A stretch of 62,065 nucleotides of DNA from Nitrososphaerota archaeon (GCA_022562615.1 JADFOW010000002.1:4208-66272), one strand, 5' to 3'; shown: positions 1-10,146, numbered from the stretch's first letter. Made by a program: numbers and translations. Notes: generated by a model not told the origin, from the letters alone.

Positions 1-921
1 AAAGAAGAAGTAACAAAAATTTTGGAGATCTACAAAAATACTGTAGAAGAAGAGTTAGCCATTCCTGTGGTAACTGGAAAGAAAAGTGAGAAAGAAAAAT
101 TTGTTGGGGCAGTTTACAGTACAACAATGGAATCCATAATGCCTGATGGTAAGGCATTGCAAATGGGAACTTCACATTTTCTTGGGCAGAACTTTTCAAA
201 ACCTTTTGAAGTAAAGTTTGCAGATAAGGACAATGTAGAACACTTTGCATGGCAAACTTCATGGGGAATTTCATGGAGATTAATTGGTGCCATGATTATG
301 GTGCATGGAGATGACCAAGGGCTTGTGCTACCCCCCAAAGTTGCCCCAACACAGGTAGTAATTGTTCCAATATACAACTTGGAGGAAGATAAAAAAAGAA
401 TATTAGAAAAATCTAATGAAATTCAAAAACTATTAGAGTCAAAACAAATAAGAACCCATATTGATGACAGAAATGAATTATCGCCTGGATTCAAGTTTAA
501 TGACTGGGAGATGAGGGGAGTTCCGTTACGAATAGAAATAGGTCCAAAGGACATTGAAAAACAAAAGGTTGTAGTAGCTAAAAGATACAATAAAGAAAAA
601 CTAAATTTACGTTTTGATGAAATAGAAAAAATTGATTTAATTTTAGATGAAATTCAAACAAAAATGTTAGAGAACTCAAGAGAAGAGGCGAAGCTAAACA
701 CAATAGACATTTCAGATTATTCAGAGTTCAAAGAAAAAATTGGCAAAGGAGGCTTTTTTAATGCATATTGGTGCGGAAGACAAGAATGCGAAGATAAAAT
801 TAAAGAAGAAACAGGTGCGGAAATACGTGTTATTCCTTTTAATAAAGAAGATAAAAGCGGCAAGTGTATTTATTGCAATGATCAGAGCACTTCAATTCCC
901 ATATTTGCAAGAGGATACTAG
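1..921 (+). CDS. proS: prolyl-tRNA synthetase, C-terminal ~306 aa (5' end outside window)
   Basis: Frame is open from nt 1. Class-II aaRS core motifs GTSHFLGQNFSKPFEVKF and WGISWRLIGAMIMVHGDDQGLVLPP. Archaeal/eukaryal-type C-terminal domain ending CIYC...FARGY. Confidence 0.9.
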   Translation, partial: KEEVTKILEIYKNTVEEELAIPVVTGKKSEKEKFVGAVYSTTMESIMPDGKALQMGTSHFLGQNFSKPFEVKFADKDNVEHFAWQTSWGISWRLIGAMIMVHGDDQGLVLPPKVAPTQVVIVPIYNLEEDKKRILEKSNEIQKLLESKQIRTHIDDRNELSPGFKFNDWEMRGVPLRIEIGPKDIEKQKVVVAKRYNKEKLNLRFDEIEKIDLILDEIQTKMLENSREEAKLNTIDISDYSEFKEKIGKGGFFNAYWCGRQECEDKIKEETGAEIRVIPFNKEDKSGKCIYCNDQSTSIPIFARGY

Positions 922-972
922 CAATAATATTCATAAAATTTTAATTTTAATAAAAACAGAGATGAATTTACA

Positions 973-2076
973 ATGACAGATCTTTATCGCTTACTTCCAG
1001 AAGAAATGGAGCGAATGGTAGTAGAACTAGGCCAACCTCGTTTTAGAGCAGATCAAATCCTCTATGCGTTGTATTATAAATTTCCAAAAAGTATTTCAGA
1101 AATAAAACAACTTCCTGCAACTTTCAGAGAGATACTTTTGGCGAAAGGGTTCACCATCGGATCAACAAAAGAACTTCATCGTGTAAAAAGCAAAGATGGA
1201 GATACAATGAAATTACTACTTAGTCTTAATGATAAAGTACCTATTGAATCAGTGTTAATGCAATACCAGCCAAAAAAATTATTTGGACATCCAAGGTCGA
1301 CTATATGCGTTTCAACACAAGTGGGTTGTGCAATGGGATGTGTGTTTTGCGCTACGGGTCAAATGGGTTTTGAGCGTAACATGAAAGCAGAAGAAATTGT
1401 TGGTCAAGTTATTCATTTTGCAAGAATTCTTTATGAAAGGGGACATCATGTCACTAACATTGTTTTTATGGGAATGGGTGAACCACTGGCAAATTATTCT
1501 GAAACAATAAGAGCCGTTCAATTACTAACACATCCGCGAGGTTTTGGAATAGGTCAGAGAAACATAACAATTTCAACCATTGGAATCATTTCCGGAATTG
1601 ATCGCTTAGCTGATGAAAAATTGCAGATAGGACTGGCGATTTCGCTCCATGCCCCAAATGACAAACTACGACAAAGGTTGGTTCCCACTGCAGGATCGAG
1701 TTCAGTAAAAGATTTGATTAATGCAGGAAAAAGATATTTTGTGAAAACCGGAAGGCGTGTCACATTTGAGTATGCTTTGATTGAAGGTGTTAATGATTCA
1801 CCTGAAATTGCAGAAGATCTTGTTCGCCTTTTGAGAAATAATGGATCTCACGTAAATCTTATTCCATTAAATCCAACCGCTGGAGATTTTGAGAGACCTA
1901 CAAGAAAAAATGTGATTGAATTTGAGAGAATTCTTTACAATGGAGGAATAAATTGCACAGTGCGAGTAGAAAAAGGGACAGAGATATCAGCGGCATGTGG
2001 ACAACTACGTACTGATATTTTGGACAAATATAATAATGAATTAAATAAAATTCAAAATAATGACCGCGATTTTTGA
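973..2076 (+). CDS. rlmN: RlmN/Cfr-family radical-SAM rRNA/tRNA adenine C2-methyltransferase
   Basis: CxxxCxxC cluster CAMGCVFCATGQ, then MGMGEPLANY, SLHAPNDKLR, VNLIPLNP and a second catalytic Cys in EISAACGQL. All occur in the order typical of RlmN. Confidence 0.85.
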   Translation: MTDLYRLLPEEMERMVVELGQPRFRADQILYALYYKFPKSISEIKQLPATFREILLAKGFTIGSTKELHRVKSKDGDTMKLLLSLNDKVPIESVLMQYQPKKLFGHPRSTICVSTQVGCAMGCVFCATGQMGFERNMKAEEIVGQVIHFARILYERGHHVTNIVFMGMGEPLANYSETIRAVQLLTHPRGFGIGQRNITISTIGIISGIDRLADEKLQIGLAISLHAPNDKLRQRLVPTAGSSSVKDLINAGKRYFVKTGRRVTFEYALIEGVNDSPEIAEDLVRLLRNNGSHVNLIPLNPTAGDFERPTRKNVIEFERILYNGGINCTVRVEKGTEISAACGQLRTDILDKYNNELNKIQNNDRDF

Positions 2077-3370
2077 GCAAGAGCAAAAAAAATTGTTGTT
2101 AGAGCAATTCAAGGAAACACGAAATAGAACTTTAGAGATTGTAAAAACATTAGAAAAAGATGATTTTGTAGTTCAAACAGCATTCTACACGAGTCCTCCA
2201 AAATGGCATATAGGTCACGTAAGCTGGATTTACGAAGCAATTATGAGTAAATTAGATAAAAATTATGAATTTTACTCTAAAGAGTTCTCAGAATATCTTA
2301 ACTCTTATTATCAACAATTTGGCATTCCACATGATAAAGGATCAAGAGGAATTGTATCAAGACCTACCGTTGATCAAATTTTTCAATACTTTAACAATAT
2401 CAATCAAAGAGTAGAGCTTTTCATAAAATCAAAAACTCTCAGCGTTGAAGATTTAAGATTAATCACCATGGGAATTCATCATGAATGTCAACATCAAGAA
2501 TTGTTGGTTTATGATTTACAAAATCTACTAGCAGAACTATACAAGCCAGTTAAAAAAAGTGAAAAACCAATACCAGTGGAAATTGAACAAGAGTCATTGA
2601 ATATCAATGGCGGTATTTACAATATGGGTTACAATGGAGAAGACTATTGTTACGATATAGAGTTACCCGAACACAAAGTATACCTTAATGATTACAAAAT
2701 AGATATTTTCCCAATCACGAACCAGCAATATCTAGAATTTATTGAAGATGGAGGATATGAGACCTACAAATACTGGCTTTCAGATGGATGGGAAAAAGTA
2801 AAAACAAATGAATGGAACGCACCGATGTATTGGGAGAAGATAGATGGAAATTGGATGATACAAAACTTTCATGGATTGAGAAATGTAAGCCCAAAAGAAC
2901 CAGTTTGTCATGTAAGCTACTATGAGGCAGAAGCTTATTGCAAATGGGCTGGAAAGAGATTGCCTACAGAGGCTGAATGGGAAAAAGCGGCCTGTTGGAA
3001 TGAAACCAAAAAACAAAAAACAATTTTTCCTTGGGGAAATGATCTGCCAACCCAGCAACATGCCAATCTGTTTGAATCCCATATCTGGAGTTGTACAGAT
3101 ATAGGCTCATATCCGGAGGGTCGTAGTCACTATGGTTGTCACCAAATGATTGGCGATATATGGGAATGGACTGCATCAGAGTTTACTGGATATTCTGGCT
3201 TCAAATCTAGTTTTGATGAATATAATGACAAGTGGTTTACCAATCAAAAGGTTTTACGAGGAGGTTCATTCGGTACACCAAAAATGTCTATTAGAGGAAG
3301 TTATAGAAACTTCTTTAGACTAGATGAAAGGTGGTTATTTTCTGGATTTCGATGCACCGAAAATTCATAG
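2060..3370 (+). CDS. egtB: EgtB-like sulfoxide synthase (DinB-like N-domain + FGE-sulfatase-like C-domain)
   Basis: HIGHV...HHECQHQELL metal-binding pattern, then WEWTASEF...LRGGSF in the C-domain. The ATG overlaps the rlmN 3' end by 17 nt. Convergent with an EgtD-like gene. Confidence 0.7.
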   Translation: MTAIFEQEQKKLLLEQFKETRNRTLEIVKTLEKDDFVVQTAFYTSPPKWHIGHVSWIYEAIMSKLDKNYEFYSKEFSEYLNSYYQQFGIPHDKGSRGIVSRPTVDQIFQYFNNINQRVELFIKSKTLSVEDLRLITMGIHHECQHQELLVYDLQNLLAELYKPVKKSEKPIPVEIEQESLNINGGIYNMGYNGEDYCYDIELPEHKVYLNDYKIDIFPITNQQYLEFIEDGGYETYKYWLSDGWEKVKTNEWNAPMYWEKIDGNWMIQNFHGLRNVSPKEPVCHVSYYEAEAYCKWAGKRLPTEAEWEKAACWNETKKQKTIFPWGNDLPTQQHANLFESHIWSCTDIGSYPEGRSHYGCHQMIGDIWEWTASEFTGYSGFKSSFDEYNDKWFTNQKVLRGGSFGTPKMSIRGSYRNFFRLDERWLFSGFRCTENS

Positions 3371-3372
3371 AA

Positions 3373-4395
3373 TCACTTTTTAGATGCCAATGTCAAAGAA
3401 TAATGTTTGTGTATATCTAGCCATTTTTGTTTAATTTCAAATCCCGTAATTTTCATTAATTCTTGGATTTGAGGTATTGTGTATTTATGAGAGTGTTCTG
3501 TGTGAATTAGCTCCCCTTGTTTTAATTTCAATGAAAGATTTGCCTTTGAAATTATTACAGATTGGTGTACAAGTGATTGTAAATACATTTCAATTCTTTG
3601 TTCTTTCTCGTTATATTTTGCAACATGTTTAAAATTATTTAAAATAAAATCTGCATCTAATTCATCATTAATTCTTGATAAAACATTGAGATTAAATTTC
3701 GCAGTTATTCCTTGAGAATCATTATATGCGTTTTCTAAAATTTTTTTTTCTTTTACCAAATCTAAACCAATTAAAAAAAGATCTTCTTTTTTCATGATTG
3801 AATTTATTTTTTGCAGAAAAATTTTACCCTCATCTGTTGTAAAATTTCCAAAACTAGAACCCAAAAAAATTATCAAATTTTTTTTATCGTCATATTTTTC
3901 AATAAATTCAAGACCACCTTCATACGTGTCTATAATTCCTGTAATATGGAGGTCGTCATAATCTCTTTGTAGTAGTTCTGAACTTTCAGTTAAAATTTCG
4001 GAGATGTCAATTGGAAAATATTCAATTTTATTTTGAATTTCACCCAAAACATCTAAAATTAGTCGTGTTTTTACCGAAGAACCGCTTCCCAGTTCAACCA
4101 ACCTAAAAGAATCATCTAGATATTCAGATAAATTTGAATGAAGGTTTTTTAAAATATCAATTTCTGTACGAGTAAGATAATATTCTGGAAGACTGCAAAT
4201 TTTTTCAAATAGTTCTGACCCCTTTTTATCATAAAAATACTTGGGATTGATAAATTTGGAATTTCTATTGAGACTGAAAGATATTTCATCAGCAAATGTT
4301 TTTTCAATTTTGGTTGAATGAGGTTTAAAATATTGAAGATTAGAATCTACTACGTATTTTTTATACTTCAGATTTTTTTGTATTGTTTCATTCAA
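3373..4395 (-). CDS. egtD: EgtD-like L-histidine N-alpha-methyltransferase
   Basis: LPEYYLTRTEIDIL followed by SAM motif I VELGSGSSVKT. Length 340 aa. Its stop lies 2 nt from the egtB stop. Confidence 0.75.
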   Translation of the reverse strand: MNETIQKNLKYKKYVVDSNLQYFKPHSTKIEKTFADEISFSLNRNSKFINPKYFYDKKGSELFEKICSLPEYYLTRTEIDILKNLHSNLSEYLDDSFRLVELGSGSSVKTRLILDVLGEIQNKIEYFPIDISEILTESSELLQRDYDDLHITGIIDTYEGGLEFIEKYDDKKNLIIFLGSSFGNFTTDEGKIFLQKINSIMKKEDLFLIGLDLVKEKKILENAYNDSQGITAKFNLNVLSRINDELDADFILNNFKHVAKYNEKEQRIEMYLQSLVHQSVIISKANLSLKLKQGELIHTEHSHKYTIPQIQELMKITGFEIKQKWLDIHKHYSLTLASKK

Positions 4396-4488
4396 GTATT
4401 AAACCAGTCTTTATTTGACATAAATTCTTTATTCCAAATTTCTAGGCCAAATTCCTATTTCTTGATATACTTCTTGGTTTTAGAATAC

Positions 4489-5457
4489 TTGTTGGATGAA
4501 ATTTTGAGAATTGAGCATTTAAAAAAATATTTTATTAAAAAAAGCCTATTCAGTTCCAAAATTGAAACAATAAGAGCAGTAGATGATGTGTCTTTTTCTC
4601 TAAATAAAGGAGAAGTGTTTGTTTTGGCCGGCGAATCAGGTTCTGGAAAATCAACAATTGCAAAATTAATACTCAAATCACTTGAAGCAGATTCAGGAAA
4701 AATTATTTTTGAGAATCATGAAATTAGAAATGATAAAAAAAGTTTAGAGAAAATTCGCATGAATTGTCAAATGATTCATCAGGATCCTTATGATTCTATA
4801 AATCCACGTATGAAGATACTTGACATTGTATCTGAACCTCTTGAGATTCATAAAATTGGAAACTCTGATTTAAGAAAAAAAAGAGTGATAGAAGTTCTAC
4901 ACGAAGTAAAACTTGAACCTGCAGAGGAAATAATTAAAAAATATCCACATATGCTCTCTGGAGGTCAGAGACAGAGAGTGGTTTTAGCAAGAGCTCTTTC
5001 CATAAAACCGAAAATAATTGTGGCGGATGAGCCTGTATCGATGTTGGATGTATCAATTAGGGCAGAAATACTAGAATTAATGCATGAATTACAAAAAAAA
5101 TATGAAATTTCGTTTATTTACATTACACATGACTTGGCTACGGCCAGATATTTCGGTCAACGGATAGGAATTTTGTATCTCGGAAAGATTGTAGAGATGG
5201 GACAAATAGACGACGTATTGTTTAAACCTAAACACCCATACACCCAAGCTCTAATTGATGCAATTTCAGAACCAGACCCTGAAAATCTTAACAAAGAAAA
5301 GAAAATCCGAATTAATGACCCGATAGAGATTGATGTTTATGAAGGGTGTAGGTTCAGAGCACGTTGTCCTTATGTAATTGATAAATGCAAAGTTGAACCA
5401 GATTTAGAAACAATAAACAAGGATCATTACTTTGCTTGTTATGTCGATATAAATTAA
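4489..5457 (+). CDS. ABC transporter ATP-binding protein, oligopeptide/dipeptide (OppF/DppF) type
   Basis: Walker A GESGSGKST, signature LSGGQRQR, Walker B IIVADEPVSMLD. Opp-type C-terminal extension with Cys cluster CRFRARCPY..C. The track start 4318 overlaps egtD and encodes junk. In-frame TTG codons at 4489/4492/4504 give the usual ..LRIEHLKKYF N-terminus, but the exact start is uncertain. Confidence 0.8.
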   Translation: MLDEILRIEHLKKYFIKKSLFSSKIETIRAVDDVSFSLNKGEVFVLAGESGSGKSTIAKLILKSLEADSGKIIFENHEIRNDKKSLEKIRMNCQMIHQDPYDSINPRMKILDIVSEPLEIHKIGNSDLRKKRVIEVLHEVKLEPAEEIIKKYPHMLSGGQRQRVVLARALSIKPKIIVADEPVSMLDVSIRAEILELMHELQKKYEISFIYITHDLATARYFGQRIGILYLGKIVEMGQIDDVLFKPKHPYTQALIDAISEPDPENLNKEKKIRINDPIEIDVYEGCRFRARCPYVIDKCKVEPDLETINKDHYFACYVDIN

Positions 5458-8400
5458 GATGTCTTTAACGAGGGCATTCTCTTATCTTTGTAAGTAACCA
5501 CATGTGACACACCATTTTTTGGATAAACACCATAGATGAGTTTTGCCTTATTGACTACAGAGTCTTTTAATGAAACCATTATGAATTGGCTATCTTTTGA
5601 TCTTTCCTCCAAAATTTTTCCAAGTTTTTCAGCGTTTGGAGCATCAAGATGGGCGTCAACTTCATCAAATAAATAAAATGGAGATGGTTTTAATTTTTGT
5701 AAGGCCAGCACAAAAACTATTGCAGCTAATGTTTTTTCACCTCCGCTAATTGAGGTAGATTCTCTTTTTGGTTTATTTTTAAATTGGATTAAATATGAAA
5801 TGCCTGAGTCAAAGATTTCATCCTCATTTTGTAATTCTAGCCAAGCATTTCCGCCAGTCATTTTATTGAAGATTAACCCAATTTCTTTGTCAACCACATC
5901 AAATGCATCTAAGAAGGTTTGACGTTTCTCTTTTTCGATGCCTTCTATGAATTTTACAATAGAAATACGCTCTTCTTCTAGTGAATTTTTACGCGAAGAC
6001 ATTGAACGATAACCAAAAGACACCTCCAGATACGTTTCCGGAGCTTTGGCGTTTAGTTCATTTGAAGAGTTTAATTCAGCAGTTAACCCTTTAACAACCG
6101 GCTCAACATCAAATGTCTCCATGGTGTAATCAAATCCAAAGGCCGCTAGAAATTTTTTCAATTTGGATTCGGTTTCAACCAAGTCTACTAGATCCCGTTT
6201 TAATGAATCGGATTGTCTTTCAAAAGAGCTAATTTCCTTTGCATTAGTTTGATTTTTTTCAGATAATATTCTTAATTTATCATCATATTCTTTGATTTGT
6301 CCTATTGATGTACCAGAGGTGGAAATGAGTTCCTGTTCTTTTTCTCTTAACTTTTCAAGTGTTTCTTGTTTTGATTCTTTTTCTTTTTCTAAATTTTTAA
6401 TTTTATTTTCTAAATCTTGACGTTCTAAAATCAAGGAAGATTTCTCTTCATGAAGACTTTTTGATTGGGATTTTGATCTATTTTCTTCTGATTCAGCAGC
6501 TAATAATTGAGAGGATTTATTTCTATATTCGTTCATAATAGCAGTATGTAATTTTTCAATTTCAGATTTTTTCGAATTCATTTTTGTTAATTCAATTGAA
6601 ATTCGTTTTTGTTCTCCACTGGCATAATTCTCTTCAACAAGGGAAATTCTTTCTATTAAAGAGTCAACATGAGACTCATGTACGGCCAATCCAGCAGACA
6701 GGGCTTTATTTTTTGAATTGAGTTCAGAATTTCTTTGTACTATTTGTATTTTTATTTTATTGATGGAGGAAATTCTCGATTTTAGGTTAGAATAATTTTC
6801 AGTAGTAGAAACCCATTCCTTCTCAGAAATAGATAATCGTGCAGTATATTTTTGAATGGAGTTTTCAATTTTTTCTATTATGTTTTTTTTCTTAAGAATG
6901 TATTTTTTTAGAAGACTAATTGACTGTAATAATCCATTAATAGATGAGCTAAGAGAAATGATTTTAGTGAGTTTCGATATTTTTGAATTAATATCAATTA
7001 CCACACCTCCTCCCTTAGCCTCAAAATATTCTCCCTCAAGAGTAACTGCTTTGTAGCCTAATTTAGACAACTTGGAAGCAGATTCTACTGAATTTGTCAA
7101 AACGACGTTGCCAAATAGAAACATTTTGAGGGGAGAATATGCAGGAATACATTCTACATAATCAGACAAGACCCCCAGTACTCCTTGTTCTTTGGGTAAT
7201 TTCAAATTGAAATTGGGTATTGCATCGAGAGGAATAATTTTTAATTTTGGAAGATTTTTTGATCTTGCAACTTCTGCTATTCCAAGTAATGTTGCAAAAT
7301 CATTTACTACAATTGCCTTAATCCAATTAGAGCTAACTGCAAGAACTGAACGTTCGTATTTTTTTTCCCATGAAATCATTTCATAAACCAAACCTTTGAT
7401 TCCAAGTTTATCAGCATCTTCTTTTAGTTTTGCAACAGTGTAATCTTCATGCATGATTCCTTTGATAGTTTTAATTTTTGTTTCGTATTGAGTTGCAGCT
7501 TTACTTGATTTTTCTAAAATAAGATTCACCTCTTCAGAATCTTTTAGTATTTTAGATTTTTTTAAATTAAGTTTAGAAATTCTTGTTTTTAATTCCGTAA
7601 TGGTTGCTTTATGGTTATTCATCTTAGATTCTAGTCTTGTTTCAAAATCATATAGTTCTGTGATATTTTGCTTAAATCCAGATAGTTTTGTTAAATTTGA
7701 GTTAATTTTATTTTCTGTTTCCTTTTTTTCATTTCGAGTTGAAGATAGTTTTACTTTTACAGAATTAAGTTGTTCATTTAATATTTTTATTTTGTTATCA
7801 ACTTCTAATTTTCTTGCAGAAGCTTGAGACTGCTCTCCTAAAATTTTATCTCTAATAGAATCAATCTCATGCATGTTATCATTAATGTTTTTAATTTGTG
7901 TATTAGTGTCATTAATCGATTCTTTGATTTGAGATATTTTGGATTCGGAATCATTTCGAGAAGATGAAATGTGCTCTAATTCATTTTTAATTTCTGGTAT
8001 TCTGGTATCAATCCGTTCTATTCCTTTATTTGATGCCATAATTCCGCTGTTAAAGACTTCAAATTGTTGCATGGCCACACTAAGTTCAGAATCAATTGAG
8101 GCTTTGACTTGATTGTAGTCATCAGCCTCTTGCATTAATCCTGATTTTTGCCCCTCAAGTGTATCTATTTCGTTCTTAAGAATAGATTTCTCCTCGTCAA
8201 ATCCTTTGATTTTAGAAGAAATATCTTCTAATATCACCTCTTTCGTGCTTTTTTCATCGAGTACCTCTTTCATTTTATTGGCAGAGTCAATTGCGTTGTA
8301 TCGATTTAGTTCTCTTTGAAGAAAATCATGGCGGAGTTTCTGGTTTCGTTCATCTTCTAATTCATCAATTCTCTTTTTAATCTCCCCCATTCTTGCCAAA

Positions 8401-8978
8401 GCGATATCAAGTCTTCTGTCAGCGTCATCAAGTTGTTTTAGAGATTCTGCCTTTTTATCATCAAAATATGACAGACCCAGTAAATCTTCGATTGTTTGTC
8501 TTTTTTCTTCAGGTGTAAATTCAGAAATTCTAGTAATTGTTCCCTGCTGAACTACATTTAATTGGCCTAATCCTGCATTTGCCACATCTAAAAGGTCTAA
8601 AATTTGGCTTCGGTTAGTTTTTTTTTTATTTAGATAATAGGTGTTCTCGCCTTTATCGTCCATCTCTCTTGTAATTTCAACAGTATCAGAGTCAATTGGT
8701 ATTTTTCTATCGGAGTTATCAAAATGTACACTAGTTCTTGCCATTTTTGGGCCATGTCTGTTTCCTTCAATATCATGGATCAGCTCTCTCAATTTACCTA
8801 CCCTCAGAACTTTTGGTTTGTTTTCACCCATTGCAAACATTATGGCATCAAGAATATTGCTTTTTCCCGAACCGTTTGGCCCAGAGATACAAATCAAGCC
8901 AGGTTCAAATTGCACGGTAGTATTCTTAAAACCAAATGATTTGAAACCAAAGATCTCCACTCTTTTGACATGTACCAA
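5454..8978 (-). CDS. smc: SMC chromosome segregation ATPase
   Basis: 1174 aa. N-terminal Walker A GPNGSGKSN, two long coiled-coil arms, a central hinge, C-terminal signature SGGEKTLAAI and Walker B LFDEVDAHLD. Confidence 0.95.
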   Translation of the reverse strand: MVHVKRVEIFGFKSFGFKNTTVQFEPGLICISGPNGSGKSNILDAIMFAMGENKPKVLRVGKLRELIHDIEGNRHGPKMARTSVHFDNSDRKIPIDSDTVEITREMDDKGENTYYLNKKKTNRSQILDLLDVANAGLGQLNVVQQGTITRISEFTPEEKRQTIEDLLGLSYFDDKKAESLKQLDDADRRLDIALARMGEIKKRIDELEDERNQKLRHDFLQRELNRYNAIDSANKMKEVLDEKSTKEVILEDISSKIKGFDEEKSILKNEIDTLEGQKSGLMQEADDYNQVKASIDSELSVAMQQFEVFNSGIMASNKGIERIDTRIPEIKNELEHISSSRNDSESKISQIKESINDTNTQIKNINDNMHEIDSIRDKILGEQSQASARKLEVDNKIKILNEQLNSVKVKLSSTRNEKKETENKINSNLTKLSGFKQNITELYDFETRLESKMNNHKATITELKTRISKLNLKKSKILKDSEEVNLILEKSSKAATQYETKIKTIKGIMHEDYTVAKLKEDADKLGIKGLVYEMISWEKKYERSVLAVSSNWIKAIVVNDFATLLGIAEVARSKNLPKLKIIPLDAIPNFNLKLPKEQGVLGVLSDYVECIPAYSPLKMFLFGNVVLTNSVESASKLSKLGYKAVTLEGEYFEAKGGGVVIDINSKISKLTKIISLSSSINGLLQSISLLKKYILKKKNIIEKIENSIQKYTARLSISEKEWVSTTENYSNLKSRISSINKIKIQIVQRNSELNSKNKALSAGLAVHESHVDSLIERISLVEENYASGEQKRISIELTKMNSKKSEIEKLHTAIMNEYRNKSSQLLAAESEENRSKSQSKSLHEEKSSLILERQDLENKIKNLEKEKESKQETLEKLREKEQELISTSGTSIGQIKEYDDKLRILSEKNQTNAKEISSFERQSDSLKRDLVDLVETESKLKKFLAAFGFDYTMETFDVEPVVKGLTAELNSSNELNAKAPETYLEVSFGYRSMSSRKNSLEEERISIVKFIEGIEKEKRQTFLDAFDVVDKEIGLIFNKMTGGNAWLELQNEDEIFDSGISYLIQFKNKPKRESTSISGGEKTLAAIVFVLALQKLKPSPFYLFDEVDAHLDAPNAEKLGKILEERSKDSQFIMVSLKDSVVNKAKLIYGVYPKNGVSHVVTYKDKRMPSLKTS

Positions 8979-9221
8979 TAAGTAAATTTTTCAAATTGGT
9001 TGGATAATCAATGTATAACAAGTTTAATTGACATAATTGAGTAATTTTTCCAGTTTTACTACCATTTTTTTCGTAATGGTTAATCAGAGCCGACTAGTAG
9101 TTAGGAGGTATTGAGATTTAATATTTTATACCTTTAACTTTCAAGCACAGATAACGCAAAAAATATTTTATTTTACAATTTTTGGGCTTCTTTTAAAAAT
9201 GGAAAAACCAAAGGAAAAGAA

Positions 9222-9620
9222 TCACAAATTTGTGTTTACGAAATCAACTATCGACATTATCTTCCCCATTTCAACAAGATGTCCATAGCTTTTCCCTTTA
9301 CTTGTCTTCAAGGGAGTATTACCTACACTGATGAAGAGAAGATTTTCTTTGTCAAGAGGTATAGTAATCCTTTTTATTTTTTCATACGCAGCTATTACAT
9401 ATAGACCACGTCCAACCTTATCAGTAATTTTTGACCGTTCCTTCCATGCACCAACTGCCCTTACAAGTGTTTTTTTGGTGTCTGCCAATGGTATTAAGTT
9501 CTTAATTCCTGATCTTTGGCTGTGCCACAGAATTTCCCCTTTGGAGTTGCATACTGCCGCAAATCGAACGGAATCATTAAAATCCATAAGCATGTTTAGA
9601 AGTTTTTCATACTTTTCCAC
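9222..9620 (-). CDS. hypothetical protein (weakly Roadblock/LC7-like)
   Basis: Clean 132-aa ORF in the same orientation as smc. No catalytic motif recognised. The fold guess is weak. Confidence 0.5.
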   Translation of the reverse strand: MEKYEKLLNMLMDFNDSVRFAAVCNSKGEILWHSQRSGIKNLIPLADTKKTLVRAVGAWKERSKITDKVGRGLYVIAAYEKIKRITIPLDKENLLFISVGNTPLKTSKGKSYGHLVEMGKIMSIVDFVNTNL

Positions 9621-10146
9621 GTTAATAATTCAATTTTGAGTCTATTAAGTTATTCTAACAGAATAAATAAAAAAATTTAGTTTGTTTCTAGAATTATCTT
9701 TTAAAAAGTGAGAATTTATGGTTAAAGTTGGAATAATCCAGACTAGAACATATAGGACAAATAAAGAAGGAATCATCAGAATTTCAGAATTTTTAGATTT
9801 TAAATAGATTACAAAATAAAATTATAAAGAAAAAAGCATTAGATAGATTGGAAAACTCGTAGAGTCATACATAAAATTGTAAGGCCCTTTAACTAACTTA
9901 ACAAGTCACCTAGAGAGTCTACATGAATTGCATTGATACTCTTTGACCTCAGTCATCAGTTCAGAGATCTTTGTTATCTCCAAATAGAAATTTTGGTTTA
10001 GGGTTAAATTTTGGGCATAGAATAAGGTGTTGATACCAAAGATCATAAAAATAAAAGAAGAAGGGTTGTTGTAAAAAATTTTGGTTTATTAAAATTTGAA
10101 AAAATGAAAGGTAAGATTTTTCAATTCTGAAAAATTTTGTTACTAA

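Noticed and set aside
2780-3176. Three overlapping ORFs (2780-3082 minus, 2922-3104 plus, 2964-3176 minus) inside egtB
   Set aside because: They are alternative-frame or antisense shadows within a well-supported 436-aa gene.
4318-4488. N-terminal 57-62 aa extension of the ABC ATPase ORF
   Set aside because: It overlaps the 5' end of egtD on the other strand and encodes low-complexity Phe/Ile/Leu junk. The conserved ABC N-terminus begins at ..LRIEHLKKYF.
5454-8985. Several 60-114-aa plus-strand ORFs inside smc (6856, 7192, 7600, 8641, 8724, 8738)
   Set aside because: They are all antisense to a high-confidence 1174-aa SMC gene. Such shadow ORFs are expected opposite AT-rich, Lys/Glu-rich coiled-coil coding sequence.
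9935-9975. CUGAACUGAUGACUGA string on the minus strand of the long spacer
   Set aside because: There is no downstream D box at guide distance and no terminal stem. This is an isolated motif occurrence.
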